Origin: an uncultured Chloroflexia bacterium
GTDB lineage: Bacteria > Chloroflexota > Anaerolineae > CG2-30-64-16
Direction: 5' to 3'
DNA: 64,000 nucleotides
Assembly (NCBI GenBank): GCA_963774265.1
Contig: CAVZDU010000002.1
Coordinates: 512,001 to 576,000, forward strand
Shown: piece by piece, positions 37,097-47,835 of the stretch
Position numbering within the stretch: position 1 is the stretch's first letter
Layout: the number at the start of each line of letters is the position of its first letter
The notes under the pieces: generated by a model
Databases searched by the model: none
Told to the model about the DNA's origin: nothing
What the model saw: only the letters and a program-made list of their open reading frames with translations
Made by a program: the position numbers and the translations under genes

Positions 37097-37934
37097 ATGG
37101 AGATTGACCTTCCGGTCTCGCCGGGGCTCGCGCTGAGGATCGACAAGACCGCCGGCAGCCAAGGCACCTATCCAACCTCGCGGCTGCAAAAGGGGTTGCT
37201 GCTGGTTCACAACGGCGAGGAGTTGGCCGAGGAGGCTGTCGGCTTTGGCGTGCCCGTGCTCAAGCGCGGGCTGCAGACCATTTTCCCGGGCGACGTCGAG
37301 CTGGCCCTGCGGCGCAGCGGGCCGGTTGCTGAGATCACTGCCATCTACGTCGCTCAACCTGGAGGAGAAAGTCGCCAGGCCGGGACGCGGAACGGTCAAC
37401 AACACCTCGCTCTACGCAATCAAGGACCGCCTCGCCGCACTCATCCGTGCGCTGTCCCTCCTGCGCGGCCCGCTGACGGCCGCATCGAGCGGCTTGCGCC
37501 GGCTGTTCGGCTGGGAGACGACCTACGAGGCAGCGGGGTTCTGCACGCAGTTGCAGGTGATCTACACCGTCGACGGGGCCACGGGCACGATCAACGTCCA
37601 GGTCGATACGACCGACCTGCTCCGGGAGGGCGTCACGGAAGTGGCGATGATGAACGAGCAAGGAGGTCACCACTTCGACGAGTACCGGGACTCTCTCGGC
37701 GACCTCCTTCGCGGGCACGAGATCGGCTGCTGGGACGAGGTAGACGCCGAAGAGGCCTCCTTCGTGAGCACTGCCCACGGCCTGGCCTTCACCCTCGGGC
37801 AGGTGCCAGGGGCGCGGCTGTTCCGGGGCCGAGAGTTGATCGGCTCCCGCCTGGCCTGGTCCGGTTTTGGCTATTCCTTCTCGCCGGCACTCGGGACGTT
37901 CAGCTATGATCTGAGCATCGGAAGGACGCCATGA
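37097..37934 (+). CDS. Hypothetical soluble protein (frameshift ~37350)
   Basis: ORFs 37097.. and 37245..37934 join; ATGA overlap with the next gene. Confidence 0.6.
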
Positions 37935-39308
37935 CCTCGGTATTGCTCATCTACCCCTATTTCAAACCCCGCCGCGATCGCTCCGTCTTTCGGTTTCCGC
38001 CACTCGGGATCAGTTACGTGGCCGCCAGCCTGCGCGAAGCGGGCCACGAGGTCGACCTGCTGGATTGCACCTTCTTGCAGACGCAATGACGCGCTGGAGC
38101 AGAGCCTGGCGGCACGGGCGGAGGTGGTCGGCATCTACTGCATGTCGACCATGCTCGAGGATGCTCTGTGGTTCGCCGCGGCCCTGCGTGACCACTGCCA
38201 GCTCCTCGTCGCCGGAGGCCCGCTGCCCACCTGCGACCCCGCGCCCTTCCTTGGACCATTTGACATCGTCGTGCGTGGCGAGGGGGAACAGACCATGGTC
38301 GAGCTTCTCCGCGCGTACGGCGGGAGATTCGACTTGGGCGCCGTGCCGGGCATCGTGTACCGCAAGGCGTTATCCGTGGGGACGAAGGGTGAAGAGGGGT
38401 TTGCGGCGACCGCGGACCGGCCGTTGGCGAAGGATCTGGACCGCATGCCTTTCCCCGCGCGCCAGTTGCTCCCCAACGACGCCTACATTCGGCACGGCAG
38501 GAAAAGATACGGCTACTCGATCACCACCGTCATGAGCACCCGCGGATGCCCTTTTCGCTGCGAGTTTTGCAGCAATGTGATCTTCGGCGGCTCTTACCGG
38601 GAGCGGTCGGCGCAGAATGTGGTCGATGAGATCGAAGCAGCGCTCCGGCTCGGGTACGATCGCATCTCGTTCGCCGACGATGTGTTCACCTGAACGCTCG
38701 CCGGGTGGTCGAGGTCTGCGACGAGATCAAGCGCCGCGGGCTCCGCTTCCAGTGGGAGTGCCTGGGCCGGGTGGATGCGCTGGATGCGCCGCTCGCCCGG
38801 GAGATGAAGGAGGCCGGCTGCGCCAGGGTGTTCTTCGGCATCGAGTCCGGGAACGATCAGATCCTGAAGCTCATGAACAAGAAGATCACCAGTGCGGCAG
38901 GCGCGCAGCGCGGTGGAGGCTGCCCATCGGGCGGGGCTGCAGGTCGGGGCGTTCTTCATCCTCTTCTACCCAGGGGAGACCGATGACACGGTGATCGAAA
39001 CCCTGCGCTTCGCCACATCGCTCCCCCTGGACTATCTCGGCCTGACGATGCCCTATCCTCTGCCGGGAACGGCTCTGCGCGAACGGGTCAAGGGCCGGGC
39101 GGCCCCTGCAACTCGGCGTCGTGCGACGAGTCTGCTCGAAGACCAGGTGCTCACCTACACCGCCGACTTCTCCGCAGCCAAGATGCAATTTGGGATTCTG
39201 AAAGGACATGCCCAGTTCCGCCTGAAGCGGCGGCTGGGAAGGCTCGCGCCGCTATTTCTGCCGCTCTTCGAAAAGTCCACGGATGCGCTGCTGAGGCTGC
39301 TGCGCTGA
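37931..39308 (+). CDS. B12-binding (class B) radical SAM protein 1 (frameshifted)
   Basis: PPLGISYVAASL, VAGGP, VRGEGE, RGCPFRCEFC, FGIESG, YPGET. Confidence 0.88.
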
Positions 39309-39316
39309 AGACGGGA

Positions 39317-40630
39317 TCAGCTTCTGCGCTCCTCAAACGCCCGCGTGGTTTGCTCGATGCGGCTCCGCAACCAGGCGGGATCAAACTCCGATTTGTACAC
39401 GAAGGTGACTTCGTTCTCGGTGCTCCAATCCGCGGCCTGGTCTGACCCCGCTCACGCGGTCGAACAGCTCTGAGCCCGGGAGCGGGAAGGGGACATTGAA
39501 GGAAATGTCGTCCAGGGGCAGCGTCAAAGCGAGCCGGAAGGTTTCCTCGATCGAGGCCACGGTTTCGCCCGGGTAGCCGACGATGAAGAAGGCGGCCACC
39601 TCGATGCCGGCCTCGCGGAACCGGTGCACGGCGTCAATTCCATCTTCCAGCCTGACCTTCTTGTTCATCAGGTCAAGCGTGGCCTGGCTGCCCGACTCCA
39701 GACCCAGGTAAACCCTGCTGGCAGCCGGCCTCCTTCATTTGGCGGGCCATCTCCCGGTCGATCCCGGTAGAGCGCGAGAGACAGCTCCAGGAGATCTTCC
39801 GCCCAGCCATGCGCCGGCAGAATTCCTCAAGATGGGTAAGGCTCAGGGTGAAGTTGTCGTCGGCAATCCACAGGCTGTCGTAACCCAACCTCCGGATTTG
39901 CTCGATCTCCTCAAAGACTGCGTCGAGGTTGCGCCGGCGGAAGACATTGCCGAAAACCGGTTTGGAACAGAAGTCGCAGCTGAACGGACAGCCCAGCGTC
40001 GTGATGATCGAAGTGGTCTTCGCCCCGGTCTTCTCGAAGCCAGACCTCCTGATAGGCGGCATGATCGAAGTCGCTCCTGTCCGGAAGAGGAAAACGACTG
40101 CGATCTCGCTCTTCCGAGTAGTGGACACCGGGATTGTCTACCTGCAGCGTATGATTTCGTATGAAAAGCCCTTCATAGGTATCGAGCGGCAGTTCGCCCA
40201 GCCTTTCGCCGGGAGCTCTTCTGATCGAAAAAGTCCCGGCAAAACCGGGGAAAGCTCAGGTCAGACTCCCCCCGGAACACGGCGTCGAAGGGCTGGCTGT
40301 AGCGTTCGGGGTAGAGGGTGGGCAATGGGCCGCCGGCGACGATCAGGCTGTCGGGCAGACGCGCCCGGACCATTTCGGCGATCCGAAAGGCGTTGCGGCT
40401 CAGGGTGATCATGGAGTAGATCCCCACGATATCCGGCCGGTAGGAGACGAGGGCTTCGTGGACCTGTCTTGATCCGTTCCGAACGTGCAATCGAAGATCC
40501 TGGTTTCTACCCCGAGCCGGCGCAGCTGACTCGCCAGGGCGGCAGCTCCCAGCGGGGAAAACAGCATCTCCGTGGGGGATCTGGTCCGGAAATACGGGAA
40601 GACCAGGGCGACCTTGGGCATTGTTTTCAT
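39317..40630 (-). CDS. B12-binding (class B) radical SAM protein 2 (frameshifted)
   Basis: SPLGAAALAS, VAGGP, FRGES, LGCPFSCDFC, DDNF, GYPGET, PLPGS. Confidence 0.86.
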
Positions 40631-40924
40631 ACTTTTCGGATTGTACACCAGCTCGAATGCAACAGCCAACAAAAATCCAAAAAAATCGCTATGAGTAGGA
40701 TTGGCGCAACTCGCTGCGCTGTTGATCTTCGTGCTGCTCACCTGGCCGTCTGTGCGACCGTCCATTGGTACAGATTACGAGATCAGCATTGTAGGTTCCA
40801 GAACTCAGCCAGCGGGCGGTCTTTACTGATACTGGACTGAGCGCCATCGGCAGCCAACTGCCGGCAGCCGGCTTTGACGGAATCGGTTAGGGCTCAGCGA
40901 CGCTGGGAACAAGGAGAGAAAACC

Positions 40925-42085
40925 ATGAGCGACATGACGTTGGCGCCCACGAGTCGTACGCAAGACAATCCTCTGTTGAGACTAGGACGATTGGGCCAGA
41001 GCATCTGGCTCGACTTCATCAGTCGCGGCATGCTCAACGGGGGGCAACTTCGGGATTTGATCGAGCAGGACGGGCTGAGCGGCGTCACCGCCAACCCCAC
41101 TATCTTTGAGAATGCCATTACCGGCAGCCATGACTATGACACCGCCGTCCGCTCCATGGTGCTGAAAAACATGGGGCCACAATCGATGTACGAGACGCTG
41201 GCTATCGAAGATGTGCAGGCCGCAGCGGACCTCTTGCGCCCCGTGTATGATCAGCGCGGCGGAGGCGACGGTTTCGTCAGTTTGGAGGTCTCGCCGCAGC
41301 TCGCTCACGATACCGACGGCACCCTGGCCGAGGCACGCCGCTTCTGGCGTGCGTTGGGCCGGCCGAATGTCATGATCAAGGTGCCTGGCACAAGGGAAGG
41401 ACTGCCCGCCATACGACAATTGACCGCTGAGGGTATCAACGTCAATGTCACCTTGCTGTTTGGCCTGTCGCGCTACCGCCAGGCAGCCGAGGCGTACATT
41501 GCCGGCCTGGAAGAGCGGGCAGCGGCCGGCCAGCCACTCGACACCATCCGCTCCGTCGCCAGCTTCTTCCTCAGCCGGATCGATGTCCTGGTGGACCCGA
41601 TGCTCGAGCAGCAGATGCGGGGGGGCGGCGCCGCCGCGGAGCTGGCAGCCGCGCTGCACGGCCAGACGGCAGTGGCCAGCGCCAAGCTGGCCTACCAGCT
41701 TTTCCGGGAGATCTTTCAAGGTGAGGGTTTCCGCGCCCTGGCCGCCAGTGGTGCGCACCCCCAGCGCGTGTTGTGGGCCAGCACCGGCACTAAGAATCCG
41801 GCCTATCCCGATCTGAAGTACGTCGAGCCGCTGATCGGGCCGGACACGGTGAACACGCTGCCGCTCGAGACGCTACTGGCCTATCGCGATCACGGCAAGG
41901 CGGAGTCCACCCTGGAAGCCGACGTGGCGGCGGCGGTCCAGGTGTTCCAACGGCTGCCCGAGGCAGGCATCGACATCGAGCGGGTGTCACAGCAGTTGGA
42001 GAATGAGGGTGTGCGGAAGTTTGTTGAGGCCCTGGATCGCTTGCTGAAGGCGCTGCAAGAACACGCTGATGGCACCACCCTATGA
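40925..42085 (+). CDS. tal: Transaldolase
   Basis: GQSIWLD, GVTANPTIF, VMIKVP (Schiff-base Lys), SFFLSRID, LWASTGTK. Confidence 0.93.
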   Translation: MSDMTLAPTSRTQDNPLLRLGRLGQSIWLDFISRGMLNGGQLRDLIEQDGLSGVTANPTIFENAITGSHDYDTAVRSMVLKNMGPQSMYETLAIEDVQAAADLLRPVYDQRGGGDGFVSLEVSPQLAHDTDGTLAEARRFWRALGRPNVMIKVPGTREGLPAIRQLTAEGINVNVTLLFGLSRYRQAAEAYIAGLEERAAAGQPLDTIRSVASFFLSRIDVLVDPMLEQQMRGGGAAAELAAALHGQTAVASAKLAYQLFREIFQGEGFRALAASGAHPQRVLWASTGTKNPAYPDLKYVEPLIGPDTVNTLPLETLLAYRDHGKAESTLEADVAAAVQVFQRLPEAGIDIERVSQQLENEGVRKFVEALDRLLKALQEHADGTTL

Positions 42086-43486
42086 AAGGACAAGAAGCGC
42101 AGTCTCCGTATTGAAACAGACTCTTTTGGCTCCATCGAGGTGCCAGCAGATAAATACTGGGGCGCACAGACGCAACGCTCCCTGGACAATTTCAAGATCG
42201 GCGATGAATGCCTTCCTCGGCCTTTGATCCGAGCATTGGGCATCGTCAAGCGGTGTGCTGCACTATCAAATATCGCGCTGGATAACATTGATGAGAAAAT
42301 CGGCTATGCCATTGCTGATGCGGCCCAGGATGTGATTGACGGCAAGATGGACGACAACTTTCCTCTTGTTGTCTGGCAAACTGGTTCCGGCACGCAGTCA
42401 AACATGAACGCCAACGAGGTGATTTCCAATCTCGCCATCGAGCGGCTTGGTGGTACGCTAGGTTCGAAGACACCTGTACATCCCAATGATCACTGCAACC
42501 GCAGCCAGTCTTCAAATGATACCTTCCCAACGGCGATGCATATCGCTACGGTCGAGCAGCTACATCACGCACTGATCCCGGCCCTGGAACACTTACACAG
42601 GGCACTTCTCGAAAAATCCCAGGCATGGAATGACATCATCAAAGTCGGACGAACTCATTTGCAGGATGCGACCCCGCTCACACTGGGTCAGGAGTTTTCC
42701 GGTTACACCACGCAAGTGAAACTGGGTATCGATCGGGTCAACGACAGCCTCAAACGACTATATCCCCTCGCACAGGGCGGCACTGCGGTAGGCACAGGCT
42801 TGAACACAAAACCGGGGTTTGATCAGCAGTTTGCTGAGGAAGTTGCGAAGTTTACGAAGCTTCCCTTCATCTCCGCCCCAATAAGTTCGAAGCGCTGGCA
42901 ACCCACGACGCTATGGTGGAGATATCCGGGGTATTGAATACCATCGCCGTGAGCCTCAACAAAATAGCGAATGATATTCGCCTCTTGAGCTTCAGGCCCG
43001 CGCTGCGGTCTCGGCGAACTCTCCCTGCCTGAAAATGAGCCCGGCTCTTCCATCATGCCCGGCAAAGTAAATCCGACCCAATGTGAAGCCATGACCATGG
43101 TTTGTGCCCAGGTTATGGGCAATCACACTACGGTCACGTTTGCCGGAGCGCAAGGACACCTGGAACTGAACGTTTTCAAACCTGTCATTGTCTACAATGT
43201 GCTGCAGTCCATCCGCCTCATCGCAGATGCAGTCATGAGCCTGACCGATCATTGTATTGTGGGAATTGAGCCGAATATCGAACGAATATCGGAGCTGATG
43301 GAAAAATCTCTCATGCTCGTTACCGCCCTGACCCCACATATCGGTTACGACAACGCTGCCAGAATTGCAAAATCAGCTTTGCAGAACCACAGCACACTAC
43401 GTGAAGAGGCCGTTGCAGGTGGTTTCGTGACTGAAGAGGAATTCGACAGCTGGGTCCGCCCGGAAGCGATGATCGTCCCCAGGTGA
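42082..43486 (+). CDS. fumC: Class II fumarate hydratase (frameshifted)
   Basis: [46 protein letters not shown]. Confidence 0.93.
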
Positions 43487-43530
43487 TCTCACGGCCGCAT
43501 GATCGGGACAGGCCTATCTCGCCGGCTACA

Positions 43531-44646
43531 TCACCTCCCGCTCAGCTCCAGGAATTCCGACCGGGTACGCGCGTCCTTGCGAAAGTTGCCGCGCATAGCG
43601 CTGGTGACGGTGGCGCTGTTTTGCTTCTCAACCCCGCGCATCATCATGCAGAAATGATTCGCCTCAATCACGACGCCCGCGCCGAAGGGGCTCAGAATCT
43701 CCATCATCGCGTCTGCGATTTCGTTGGTCAGCCGTTCCTGCACCTGCAGCCGCCTCGCGTACATGTCCACGAGCCGCGCCACCTTGCTGAGGCCCAAGAT
43801 CCGTTCGTTAGGGATATAGCCGACGGTGGCATGCCCGAAGAAGGGCAGCATGTGATGCTCGCACATAGAGTAGAACTCGATGTCCTTGACGATGACCATC
43901 TCTTCGCAGCACGTCTCGAAGATGGCTTCGTGAACTACGTCTTCGAGCCTGGTGCGGTAGCCGCTGGTCAGGAAATCCAGGGCCTTGGCCACGCGCAACG
44001 GCGTCTTCCTGAGGCCCTCCCGATCCGCATCTTCGCCATACCTCACCAGCAGTTGCTGGATCAGGGATTCGACGTGCGGGTCGTACACCTCATCGACGAC
44101 CGCGTCGATGTCCGTGGCGAAATGCGCATCGAGCGCAGGACGCGATCCAGTAGTGTCCATGATGCGATGAAGCTCCTTTCCGGTGGAGTGGCTGGCAGCC
44201 GCGATCTGGCGTAACGTCAGTCCCGATTGCGGATGAACCCAATCAGGGGCCACGTCGGCCAGGGGCACGGCCACGTACGGGTAGCGTGCGATTTCCGGGT
44301 CGGGTATGGGCACGCCATCCAGATCCAGGGCCTGCTGCCCATAGAACGCGATGTCGAGGTCGATCGGCCGCGGCGCGTATTTATCCACCCCTCGCACCCG
44401 GCCCAGCGCCTGCTCGATGCTGCGCAGCGCCGCCTTCAGGTCGGCGGGCGCCAGGCTCGTCTCGATCAGCAGTGCGGCGTTATGGTAGGGCGGCTGCGGC
44501 GCCGAGGTGCCCACGGCCGCAGACTCGTAAATCGGGCTGACCGCGACCACCCGCATGGACGGATGTCGGCGCAGCCGGCTTGAGGCCAGCGGCACGTTGA
44601 CCCCGGGGGCAATGTTGCTCCCCACCGCGATGAGGACGAGCGGCAT
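43531..44646 (-). CDS. folKE: Fused HPPK (FolK) - GTP cyclohydrolase I (FolE)
   Basis: One 371-aa ORF: N-terminal IAVGSN and PRPIDLDI; C-terminal [38 protein letters not shown]. Confidence 0.9.
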   Translation of the reverse strand: MPLVLIAVGSNIAPGVNVPLASSRLRRHPSMRVVAVSPIYESAAVGTSAPQPPYHNAALLIETSLAPADLKAALRSIEQALGRVRGVDKYAPRPIDLDIAFYGQQALDLDGVPIPDPEIARYPYVAVPLADVAPDWVHPQSGLTLRQIAAASHSTGKELHRIMDTTGSRPALDAHFATDIDAVVDEVYDPHVESLIQQLLVRYGEDADREGLRKTPLRVAKALDFLTSGYRTRLEDVVHEAIFETCCEEMVIVKDIEFYSMCEHHMLPFFGHATVGYIPNERILGLSKVARLVDMYARRLQVQERLTNEIADAMMEILSPFGAGVVIEANHFCMMMRGVEKQNSATVTSAMRGNFRKDARTRSEFLELSGR

Positions 44647-44649
44647 CGC

Positions 44650-45039
44650 CTATGTCCCCAAATCCTGCCGACGCCGGTAGATCGTTACGCCCACCGAACG
44701 GGCAAAACGAAGTGCGCCCGGCTTCTCAACCGATAACTCCACCGCCGCCACGCGTGCGTCTTGGGCGAAGCAGAGCGCCACCAGGTCGGCGGCCAGGCGC
44801 TCCACCAGGTGCGGCCGGGCGTTCTCGATGTGGTTGATCAATGCCTTTGCGACGGAGCGATAGTTGACGGCGTCGGCTACATCATCACTGGCGCCGGCCG
44901 CCCGGGTGTCAACATAAAGGGTGGCATTCACAACGACGTCTTGCCGGTTCTGGCGCTCCTCCGGGTTGATGCCGACGATGCCGCGCACCATCAGGTCACG
45001 GATCGCGATGCGGTCGAGCGGCAACGCATCGGACTCCAT
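44650..45039 (-). CDS. folB: Dihydroneopterin aldolase
   Basis: GIVGINPEER..RQ, SDDVADAVNY, LVERLA, VEKPGA. Confidence 0.9.
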   Translation of the reverse strand: MESDALPLDRIAIRDLMVRGIVGINPEERQNRQDVVVNATLYVDTRAAGASDDVADAVNYRSVAKALINHIENARPHLVERLAADLVALCFAQDARVAAVELSVEKPGALRFARSVGVTIYRRRQDLGT

Positions 45040-45150
45040 GGCCGCGCCGGCTTCCGAGATTGCGGCTGAGCGGTCGGACGACATTCTTTCACAACTCCTG
45101 TGCGACCTGCAGTATGCCTCTGTTGATCGAGGTTGATCACCTACTATCCG

Positions 45151-45180
45151 ATTATGCCACAAGATCACGGACACTGCCTA
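45151..45180 (-). promoter_or_regulatory. Candidate extended -10 promoter for folB-folKE
   Basis: Minus strand reads ...cttgTGgCATAAT about 110 nt upstream of folB. Confidence 0.4.
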
Positions 45181-45248
45181 AGGACGCGGAGCCGAGTCAG
45201 AGAATCGCGGCCCCTGGCATCCAGAACGCTTTTCATGCCCCTGACTTG

Positions 45249-45288
45249 AACGAAACAGAGCCCGCGGACCAAAATCCGTGGGCTCTGT
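45249..45288 (-). terminator. Rho-independent terminator after gcvH
   Basis: Minus strand: acagagcccacgga-ttttgg-tccgcgggctctgt followed by ttcgtt. Confidence 0.7.
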
Positions 45289-45325
45289 GCTATATAGAGA
45301 ATTCGCGGGTGGCGGCCTCGGCTGC

Positions 45326-45733
45326 TCAGTGCCCTCCCTGCTGTTCTTCCTCCAACACGAAGGCTTCGTACGCGGTCGCATCCATCAGTCCGGCCAACTC
45401 ATCCGGCCGAGCCGGCCGCAGTTTGGCCAGCCACGCCTGGCCATAGGGGTCCTGGTTGATGAGCTCGGGCCTGGCTCCGAGCGCCTGGTTCACCTCGACC
45501 ACTTCACCGCTGATCGGTGAGTACGCGTCGCCCGACGCCTTTACGGATTCGATCACTGCCATGGAGTCACCCGCAGCAATGGTGGCGCCAACCGCGGGCA
45601 GCTCCACCCACATCACATCAGAGAGCTGCTTCTGGGCATAATCCGACACCCCGACAACCGCCAGTGCGCCGTCAAGCCGCACCCACGCGTGTGTCGGTGA
45701 ATACTTCGCAACCACGTCATACTGATAGCCCAT
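45326..45733 (-). CDS. gcvH: Glycine cleavage H-protein (lipoyl carrier)
   Basis: HAWVR, GVSDYAQ, IESVKA (lipoyl Lys), SPISGEV, INQDPYG.AW. Confidence 0.92.
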   Translation of the reverse strand: MGYQYDVVAKYSPTHAWVRLDGALAVVGVSDYAQKQLSDVMWVELPAVGATIAAGDSMAVIESVKASGDAYSPISGEVVEVNQALGARPELINQDPYGQAWLAKLRPARPDELAGLMDATAYEAFVLEEEQQGGH

Positions 45734-45776
45734 CTTTCCTCCTATGAGCCTTTAAGTTTCGGCGGGATAGCATCCG

Positions 45777-46664
45777 TCACACCGCGCGGCCTGCAGCTCG
45801 CTGGCCGCGATAGTAATTCAGATAGCCCTTGCCTGCCGGATCGGAGCCTGTCAGAAAATCCAACCCGCGGGTGATCCACGGCAGAAGCGGCGTCCGGGGA
45901 TCGATCATCGCCACGTCCAGCCCCCACGAGACCGCGGCCGCGAAGAAGGCCAGGTCCAGGATGCGCGGCTGGGGCATGAGATGGCCGGCGTTGCTGATCC
46001 CCAACAGCGTCGGCACGCCCAGCTCCTCGTGTAAGGCTTTCAGCGTCTCCAGCGTGACGTGCATGCTGTCGGGCGCCACGCTGGTCGGCAGGCAGACCGC
46101 ATCGATGAGGACATCTTCACGCGGGATGCCGTGCGCCTCGGCCGCCTGCACGATCCGCCGGGCCACCATGAGACGCTCCTGCACAGTCTTCGGAACGCCG
46201 CCCTCGTACACCAGTCCCGTGCCGATAGCTGCGCCGTGCCGCGCGATAATGGGCAGCATCGTGCGCAGATTCTCACACTCGCCCGTCACCGAGTTGCAGA
46301 GCGCCTTATGCGGATACACAGCCAGCGCGCAATCCACCGTCTGAGGATCACGGGAGTCGACCGCGATGCACGCGCCGGTCGATGCGTACACAGCCTCGAC
46401 TAGCCGGGGCAACAACTTGCGTTCGAGAGGCGCGAGGTCAGGCGCCATCAACTGAACATTGAACACGGGTAGACCGAGCGCCACGCCATCATGTGCTAGC
46501 CGCACCAGGCTGTCGAAACGCCCTTCCTCTAGCTCCGCCCGTACCTCAGGGCGCTCGCACTCATAGCCGCACTGGTCGTTCACGCAGAGCGTCGCCGCGT
46601 CCGGACCGAAGGGAATCGCGCCTGCGGCGTTCGAGAGCTTGCCGGCCGAGGGATGGCTGGTCAT
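45777..46664 (-). CDS. Pterin-binding methyltransferase (methylcorrinoid:tetrahydrofolate MT2, AcsE/MetH-Fol-like)
   Basis: IAVDS...ALCNSVTGE, LIDAVCLP, LGISN; lacks FolP-type GxLNxTPDSFSD. Confidence 0.75.
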   Translation of the reverse strand: MTSHPSAGKLSNAAGAIPFGPDAATLCVNDQCGYECERPEVRAELEEGRFDSLVRLAHDGVALGLPVFNVQLMAPDLAPLERKLLPRLVEAVYASTGACIAVDSRDPQTVDCALAVYPHKALCNSVTGECENLRTMLPIIARHGAAIGTGLVYEGGVPKTVQERLMVARRIVQAAEAHGIPREDVLIDAVCLPTSVAPDSMHVTLETLKALHEELGVPTLLGISNAGHLMPQPRILDLAFFAAAVSWGLDVAMIDPRTPLLPWITRGLDFLTGSDPAGKGYLNYYRGQRAAGRAV

Positions 46665-46676
46665 GCGTTGTCCCGA

Positions 46677-47783
46677 TCAGATGCTGGCGTCTGCCAGGAG
46701 CGCCTGTGATTTGGCATCGAAGATGCGCAGCCCGGCCACGGGGAAGTCCATCCAGATTGGCGCACCGATCTCCATGCGCACCATCGCGCCGACAATCGCC
46801 TTCACATGAAGGTCGCCGCACATCAATGTCAGCAGCGTTTCCTTGCCGAGCACCTCGGAGATGTAGACCGTAGCGGCAATGGCGCCTGGCGTCCCCGCCG
46901 TCACGACCTGCACATCCTCAGGCCGGATGCCCAACACCACCTCAGCTCCCTCTGGCACGCTCGCAAGCTGCCCGCGCAGCACCTCCGGCACTGTGATCTC
47001 GAAGTGGGGCGAAGCGATCTTCCAATCCTGCTTGTCCAGCTTTCCCGGCAAGAAGTTCATTCCCGGATTGCCGATGAATCCACCCACGAAGGTGTTCTTC
47101 GGGTGAAGGTACACGTCCTCGGGATACCCGATTTGCAGAACCCGACCCCCGCTCATGACCACCAATTGATCTGCCAGCGTCATAGCCTCGGCCTGGTCGT
47201 GCGTCACGTACACTGTCGTCACGCCCAGATCACGCTGCAGCCGCTTCAGCTCCGCACGCATACTCACGCGCAACTTGGCGTCGAGGTTCGACAGCGGCTC
47301 ATCCATCAGGAACACTTCAGGCCGGCGGACAATGGCGCGGCCGATGGCGACACGCTGCATCTGACCGCCCGACAGCTGGCGAGGCAGCCGGTCCAGCAGC
47401 TCCCCGATGCCGAGGATCTCGGCAGTCTCATCCACCCGCCGCCGGATCTCCGGGCGCGGAGTGCGCCGCGCCTCGAGCGGAAACGCGATGTTCTTCCGGA
47501 CGGTCATGTGGGGATAGAGCGCGTAGCTCTGGAACACCATCGCGATGTTGCGATCCCAGGCGGGCACATGCGCCACCTCTTTGTCGCCGATGAAGATTTC
47601 ACCCGCGGTCGGCTCTTCCAGCCCTGCGAGCATCCTCAGCAAGGTTGTCTTGCCGCAGCCTGACGATCCAACCAGGACAGTCAGCTTCTTGTCCAGGAAC
47701 TCCAGGGTGATATCCTCTGCAGCCACCGTGTTGCCGAAGTGTTTCGAGATGTTGCGTACAAGGACTTTGGTCATCCAGGACAC
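46677..47783 (-). CDS. CUT1 sugar ABC transporter ATPase (MalK/UgpC-like)
   Basis: GSSGCGKT, MVFQSYALYPH, LSGGQ, DEPLSNLD, TOBE-like C-terminus. Confidence 0.95.
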   Translation of the reverse strand: MSWMTKVLVRNISKHFGNTVAAEDITLEFLDKKLTVLVGSSGCGKTTLLRMLAGLEEPTAGEIFIGDKEVAHVPAWDRNIAMVFQSYALYPHMTVRKNIAFPLEARRTPRPEIRRRVDETAEILGIGELLDRLPRQLSGGQMQRVAIGRAIVRRPEVFLMDEPLSNLDAKLRVSMRAELKRLQRDLGVTTVYVTHDQAEAMTLADQLVVMSGGRVLQIGYPEDVYLHPKNTFVGGFIGNPGMNFLPGKLDKQDWKIASPHFEITVPEVLRGQLASVPEGAEVVLGIRPEDVQVVTAGTPGAIAATVYISEVLGKETLLTLMCGDLHVKAIVGAMVRMEIGAPIWMDFPVAGLRIFDAKSQALLADASI

Positions 47784-47835
47784 CTTTCTGTCGTCACGTC
47801 AAGCCTCAGGCCAGCCAGGTGAACAAGCAATCGAT

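Noticed and set aside
45777-46664. Dihydropteroate synthase (folP) call because of the nearby folB/folKE
   Set aside because: It lacks FolP N-terminal motifs. DS/NS/GISN motifs and operon context fit a methyltransferase MT2 better.
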